A stretch of 37,501 nucleotides of DNA, taken from the NCBI GenBank assembly GCA_030044475.1, contig JASHVP010000086.1:1-37501 (forward strand), read 5' to 3'. This stretch comes from Thermoplasmata archaeon. Lineage in GTDB: Archaea > Thermoplasmatota > Thermoplasmata > Lutacidiplasmatales > UBA184. The notes beneath the pieces are model-generated. The model saw only the letters and a list, made by a program, of their open reading frames with translations. It ran no database searches and had not been told where the DNA came from. The first letter of the stretch is position 1; the number at the start of each line of letters is the position of its first letter. This document shows positions 33,334 to 37,501 of the stretch, piece after piece. A program made the translations under genes and the position numbers.

Positions 33334-36096
33334 GTGACCCTTCGAATCGAGTTGGGCGCGGGGACGGCGGGGGCGAATCTCGGTGGCCGGGGGGCCTCAC
33401 CTCCCGGGGGCGCGGGAGGGGGTCATGTCCCCCGTCGTCCCGCGCCGCGGTGGATCGATCGCCGTCGCGCCGTCGTCGTCAGCCTGCTTATTGCGATCGG
33501 GATGGCCGCAACGGCCGGTACGTCGTTCGAGGGCGCCCCCGCGAGGGCGCTTCCGCCGTCGCTCCTGCTCGCTGTCACGGACGATTTCGCCCACGCCGCT
33601 CGCCCTTCCGCCCCGGGGTTCTCCCCGGTGATCCCGACGACGCTGGACCTCTCGAACGGCTCGCGGCTCTTGGGAAATGTCTCCACGCTGCAGGGACTCT
33701 CCCCCTACGCCGTCGTCGAGGACCCCGCGACCCAGGACCTCCTCGTGGTGAGCGGGTGCTACGTCGATTCGTACTGCCGGTACGATGTCCCAGAGCTGGG
33801 CTTCACCGTCACGATCCTCAACGGTTCGACCGGTGTACCGCAGGCCACCTTCCCGTTGGGCGCCTCCGGGTCGCTGCCGGTCGGGTCCAGCGGCCTCCCC
33901 GCCGATGCGATCGCCTACGACCCGTCCAGCGGGGAGCTGTTCATCGCGGCGAACGCGACGTACATCCTGAACGTCGCAACGGAGCGAGTCGTGGCGACGC
34001 TTCCTCTGGGGGCGTTCACCGGGGGCCTCGCCTACGACCCGAACACCGGAGACGTGTACGCCGCCGCCGGAGCCAACGTGACCGTCATCTCCGGCGCCAC
34101 GAATTCCGTGCTGCAGACCTTCCCAATCGGCCGTGACGTCGACGGGATCGCGTACGCTCCCTCCGACGGGGACCTGTATGTGGGAGAGCCGGCGGGCGGG
34201 TGGATGGGGAACAACCCCCACGAGCCGATCGTGGAGGCCGGGAACGTCTCCGTCCTCTCGCCCCTCACCGGGGAGGTCCTCGCCACGCGGGGGCTCTCGA
34301 TCTGTCCGTTCGGGCTGCTCTTCGACCCCATCGGGTCCGACGTTGACGTCGCCGGATTCGTCGACCCGGAGCCCGCCCGGAACGTCACGGGGGCCAGCGG
34401 CGTGACCGTGCTCTCGACCGCCACGAACGCGGAGGTCGCTCAGATTCCCTGCGAAGCCGACTGCTTCTCGGGGGCGTTCTCCTCGGCCTCGGGGGACCTG
34501 TACTTCTCCGGAGAAGACGCGGTCACGATCGACAACGCCACGACCGGCGCGTTGGTCGCGACCGTGTACGGGAACGGGTCGGCGACCCATCAGCAGTTCG
34601 TCGGACCGGTCCGGGGGATCTCCGTCGACGCGACCGACGGACGGGTGCTGGCGGCGGTCGCGAACTCGCCGGCGAATCTGAACCCGCTCGGGAGCGTGAT
34701 CGCGCTGTCGGGGTCGAACGACACCGTCGTCGACCACTTTCAGGTGGCGGCGCTCCCGGGGAACGTCCTGTGGGACTCGGAGACCGGCGACCTCTACGTC
34801 GTCGACATCGGGACCGAGAACGTCACCGTCGTCGACCCGAGCACCGGGGCGATCGTCGCCCAAATCTTCGTCCCGGGCCTTGCGAATGCCCCGATCGCCG
34901 TCGCCCCGTCCGGACGGGAGCTGTACGTGATCGGCGCGGCGGTGCCGATCCGCGCCGATTCCAACGCGGTCTACGCGATCGATCCGGCGAACGATACGGC
35001 CTGGCCGGTCTGGCGCCCGGGCCGTACGGTGGGGGACGTCGGCGTCGATCCGGTGACCGGCGACCTCTACGTCTCGAACTTGCTTTCGACCAACGTCACG
35101 ATCGTCGACCCCGATTCGGGGGCGTTCGTCGAGAACCTCACCCTGGCTCCCGCCTCGCCGAGCCCCGAGGTGGTGTACAGCTCTCCGCCGGTGTACGACC
35201 CGGCGGACGGGGATCTCTACGTTCCGGTCGGGCCCATCGAAGGCTCTCTCAACCTAACGGTGGTGAACGCGAGCCGGAACTCGCTCGTCGCGTCGTTCCT
35301 CTGCCCCGTGGCGGGCGGAGACTACGAGGTGGACTCTCCCGAACTGGCCTACGACCCGACCGACCACCAGGTCTGGGCCAACGCGCTCAGCGGAGCGTGC
35401 GAGGACGAGCAGAACGTGAGTTCGCTTCCAAGCGACCTTCCGCTGCTGCCGTTGACGATCGGCTACGATCCGAACGCGGGGGCGCTGATCCTGGCCGGCG
35501 CGGGCACGGTGAACGGGACGACGGGCGACGTGACCGCGCTCTACGACCCCGCCACGAACACGACCCTCGGAGCGGTCGGGCTCCCCTCGCCCGGGGCCAC
35601 GGTGCCTTCGAGCGTGGCGCCGATCCCGACGCTCGGCACGGTCGCGATCCCGAACGCCCTCCCCGGCGACCTCGCGATCGCGCAGTTCGCCTCCGGGCCA
35701 CCGCCCGCCCCGACGTATCCCGTCACCTTCACCGAGTCGGGCCTTCCCGCGGGCGCCGAGTGGTCGGTGACGCTCGGGACCGGGTCGAACTCGAGCTCGT
35801 CCGCCTCGGTCGGTTTCGGGGTCACGAACGGCACCTATCTCTACTCGATTCCGTCCGTGACCGAATCCGGGGATCGCTACGGGGCGACGCCCCCGAACGG
35901 CTCGGTCGCCGTGAACGGCTCGGCGGTCCGGATCTCCCTCGCGTTCCAGCCGACCCTCGGGTCCCCGCCCGAGACGACGGCGGCGGCCGGGGTCCCCTGG
36001 GTCCTGTACGGGTCGTTGGTGCTGGCCGCCGCCGTCGCTCTCGTCGCGGCCGTCCGGTTCGCCCGGAGACGGAAGCCTCCCCCGGGCCCGCCGTGA
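33334..36096 (+). CDS. YVTN-family beta-propeller repeat surface protein with one copy of the shared ~80-aa module and a C-terminal membrane anchor
   Basis: It has many ~40-aa repeats of the type GIAYDPSSGELFIAANATYILNVATERVVATLPLG / GLAYDPNTGDVYAAAGANVTVISGATNSVLQTFPIG. The shared module starts at 35716 (YPVTFTESGLPAGAEWSVTL). The C-terminal TM is followed by RRRKPPPGPP. I counted ~23 sequons by hand. The track start (33154) lies inside the tRNA gene. I list the first in-frame GTG (33334); TTG 33352 or a frameshifted ATG 33425 are alternatives. Confidence 0.75.
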   Translation: MTLRIELGAGTAGANLGGRGASPPGGAGGGHVPRRPAPRWIDRRRAVVVSLLIAIGMAATAGTSFEGAPARALPPSLLLAVTDDFAHAARPSAPGFSPVIPTTLDLSNGSRLLGNVSTLQGLSPYAVVEDPATQDLLVVSGCYVDSYCRYDVPELGFTVTILNGSTGVPQATFPLGASGSLPVGSSGLPADAIAYDPSSGELFIAANATYILNVATERVVATLPLGAFTGGLAYDPNTGDVYAAAGANVTVISGATNSVLQTFPIGRDVDGIAYAPSDGDLYVGEPAGGWMGNNPHEPIVEAGNVSVLSPLTGEVLATRGLSICPFGLLFDPIGSDVDVAGFVDPEPARNVTGASGVTVLSTATNAEVAQIPCEADCFSGAFSSASGDLYFSGEDAVTIDNATTGALVATVYGNGSATHQQFVGPVRGISVDATDGRVLAAVANSPANLNPLGSVIALSGSNDTVVDHFQVAALPGNVLWDSETGDLYVVDIGTENVTVVDPSTGAIVAQIFVPGLANAPIAVAPSGRELYVIGAAVPIRADSNAVYAIDPANDTAWPVWRPGRTVGDVGVDPVTGDLYVSNLLSTNVTIVDPDSGAFVENLTLAPASPSPEVVYSSPPVYDPADGDLYVPVGPIEGSLNLTVVNASRNSLVASFLCPVAGGDYEVDSPELAYDPTDHQVWANALSGACEDEQNVSSLPSDLPLLPLTIGYDPNAGALILAGAGTVNGTTGDVTALYDPATNTTLGAVGLPSPGATVPSSVAPIPTLGTVAIPNALPGDLAIAQFASGPPPAPTYPVTFTESGLPAGAEWSVTLGTGSNSSSSASVGFGVTNGTYLYSIPSVTESGDRYGATPPNGSVAVNGSAVRISLAFQPTLGSPPETTAAAGVPWVLYGSLVLAAAVALVAAVRFARRRKPPPGPP
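35716..35955 (+). repeat. Single copy of the Y-x-V-T-F-T-E-S-G-L-P module shared with the thermopsin-like protein
   Basis: YPVTFTESGLPAGAEWSVTLGTGSNSSSSASVGFGVTNGTYLYSIPSV...PPNGSVAVNGSAV compares with YLVTFTESGLPSGTLWSVVFHGSTNSSGGATIGFVVPNGTYGYSIGVV...PPTGSVSVSGPGT in the neighbouring gene. Confidence 0.7.
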
Positions 36097-36231
36097 CCTT
36101 CCGAGGGCGTCGTGCCGGTCCCCGGGACCCGGTCGTCCGGGGTGGGTGGTATTTGAACCCCCACGGGGTTCGCGGTCGAGCCGTGGTCCGCTCGAACGCC
36201 GGCCCCCACCGAACGAGGTGACCGATCGAAC

Positions 36232-37374
36232 ATGGCGAGCGCTCGCCGAGCCCAGCAGTCGTCCGCCCGCCGCGCGTACCGGGCCCGGGTCGACCAGTAC
36301 AAACGGTCGTGGAACATCCTCCGGCAGAACACGCTCGCGCTCGTCGGGATCGGGATCCTCGTCGGGATGGCGTTCACCGCGATCTACGCCCTGACCCAGC
36401 CGATCCCGTGGTACCAGCTGACCCTCTACTGCGCGTCCAACCAATCGAACGGCTCGGCGAGCGACTGCCTGACGAGCCTGCCGTCCGTCTGCACCTATCC
36501 GGCCGGGTCGCTCCCGCCGCACCCGGGCTGCTACCAGACTCCGTCGGCCTACCCGTCCGTCATCCCTCCGACGATCACGTGGAATCCACCCTCGGCCGGA
36601 CCGTTGCCGTTCGGTTCGCTGACGCTCGAGGGCGGGCTGCCGTACTTCTACAACACGTTCCAAGGTCTCTTACGAGGGTCCGACTGGTCGCTCATGTTCT
36701 CGGTCACGATCGTGGGGGCCGGGGCCCTGATCGGACTCGTGCTGGGGGGTCTCTCCGGCTACTTCGGCGGGGTCCTCGACGAGGTCATCATGCGCCTCAC
36801 CGACACGTTCCTGGCGGTGCCGGGTCTCCTCCTCATCATCGTGTTCATCACGGCGATCCAGTTCAGCGTGCACTCGCTCTTCGGCCTCGATGAAACGGAG
36901 ACGTTGATCCTGATCCTGATCATCGGGTTCGTGATCACCTGGTGGCCGTTCTACACCCGCGTCGTCCGGGGCCTGGTCCTCGTCGTGCGCGAGCAGAAGT
37001 ACGTGGAATCCGCGCGGGCGAGCGGGGCGCGCACCGGACGGATCCTGCGGCGCCACATCCTGCCGAACTCCCTCTACCCCGTCTGGATCCAGTTCGCGCT
37101 GGACGTCGGGACCGTGCCGCTCGGGATCGGGGCGATCAACTTCCTCGGATTCCAGATCCTGCCGACCGTCGACTTTCCCGAGTGGGGCGCGATCACCGCG
37201 CTCTCCGCGATGGACGTCACCAACTACCTGACGACCTGCCAGCTCCCCTCGGGCTGCATCATCCCCTGGTGGCAGTTGCTGTTCCCGGGCCTGATGCTGA
37301 CGCTGTTCGCGCTCTCCGTGAACTTCCTAGGGGACGGTCTGCGGGACGCGCTCGACCCGCGGCTGCGCCGCTGA
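36232..37374 (+). CDS. ABC transporter permease, peptide/nickel (DppC/OppC) family, with a large Cys-containing extracellular loop
   Basis: 380 aa with an ATG preceded by GAGGTGA (36215-36221). It shows the EAA-loop region YVESARASGARTGRILRRHILPN and the C-terminal signature NFLGDGLRDALDPRLR. A ~100-aa loop with 4 Cys follows TM1. Confidence 0.85.
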   Translation: MASARRAQQSSARRAYRARVDQYKRSWNILRQNTLALVGIGILVGMAFTAIYALTQPIPWYQLTLYCASNQSNGSASDCLTSLPSVCTYPAGSLPPHPGCYQTPSAYPSVIPPTITWNPPSAGPLPFGSLTLEGGLPYFYNTFQGLLRGSDWSLMFSVTIVGAGALIGLVLGGLSGYFGGVLDEVIMRLTDTFLAVPGLLLIIVFITAIQFSVHSLFGLDETETLILILIIGFVITWWPFYTRVVRGLVLVVREQKYVESARASGARTGRILRRHILPNSLYPVWIQFALDVGTVPLGIGAINFLGFQILPTVDFPEWGAITALSAMDVTNYLTTCQLPSGCIIPWWQLLFPGLMLTLFALSVNFLGDGLRDALDPRLRR

Positions 37375-37389
37375 CCGGCGCGCGGCGTC

Positions 37390-37501
37390 GTTACGGCGCC
37401 GTCTCGTCCGTCGGCTTCGGCTTCGCCGCGCGCCGGCGGGCGGGCTTCTTCGCCGGCGGGGCGGCCTCGAGCGTCGGGGGCGTCGTCTCCTCCGTCGGCG
37501 G
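37390..37501 (-). CDS. 3' end of an unidentified reverse-strand gene (Pro/Lys/Thr-rich tail), partial at the window edge
   Basis: The reverse-strand frame ending at TAA (37390-37392) reads ...PPTEETTPPTLEAAPPAKKPARRRAAKPKPTDETAP* with G/C-rich third positions. It is too short to identify. Confidence 0.25.

Noticed and set aside
33383-33631. An 82-aa ORF (MAGGPHLPGAREGVMSPVVPRR...) as an independent small gene
   Set aside because: After the first ~25 codons it becomes Arg/Ser/Pro low-complexity sequence and fully overlaps the signal-anchor region of the beta-propeller gene. It is more likely the true 5' end of that gene displaced by an indel (see the start-site finding).

Overview
This is a very GC-rich archaeal chromosome segment. 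Hand-counted 60-nt lines in the core are about 70-75% G+C. The gene content suggests a Thermoplasmatota-like euryarchaeon: class II HMG-CoA reductase, a thermopsin-family surface protease, PAC2 proteasome chaperone, NAC, Dph2, Nop5, GyrB and an Agl3/SQD1-like UDP-sulfoquinovose synthase. (i) 1-18.9 kb holds tightly packed housekeeping genes. They include an agl3 + UDP-glucose pyrophosphorylase pair, a translation/proteostasis neighbourhood (PAC2, N-acetyltransferase, a 4xCBS protein with a RaiA/HPF-like tail, NAC, a triple zinc-ribbon protein, Dph2) and a grpE-hmgA-pdxT unit joined by 4-nt overlaps. They also include gyrB, a CorA-like gene with no canonical start codon, mtaD, a lipoate-ligase-fold protein lacking the catalytic Lys, nop5 and a crotonase. 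(ii) About 18.95-29.44 kb is a visibly lower-GC accessory island abutting tRNA-Thr(GGU). It carries direct-repeat copies of the tRNA 3' end and other tRNA debris, and no integrase. Its cargo is a pseudo-hydrolase/class III cyclase fusion, an SRPBCC protein, an antitoxin/RelE-like toxin pair, MarR + quinone oxidoreductase, an alpha/alpha-toroid protein, two GNATs, and a P-loop-less KaiC-like protein paired with a collar-less RFC-like AAA+ ATPase. That last pair is my best candidate for an undescribed system. (iii) 29.5-36.1 kb encodes two giant membrane-anchored surface proteins, a thermopsin-like one and a YVTN beta-propeller. Both are rich in N-glycosylation sequons and share a ~80-aa module. 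They flank an initiator tRNA-Met that carries a 30-nt intron in its D-loop with a BHB-like fold. (iv) A DppC/OppC-type ABC permease and a partial reverse-strand ORF close the window. Many long track ORFs are off-frame or antisense artefacts of the GC content and were not called. No CRISPR array, rRNA, integrase or transposase was seen. All homology calls are by-eye motif recognition; no database search was possible.
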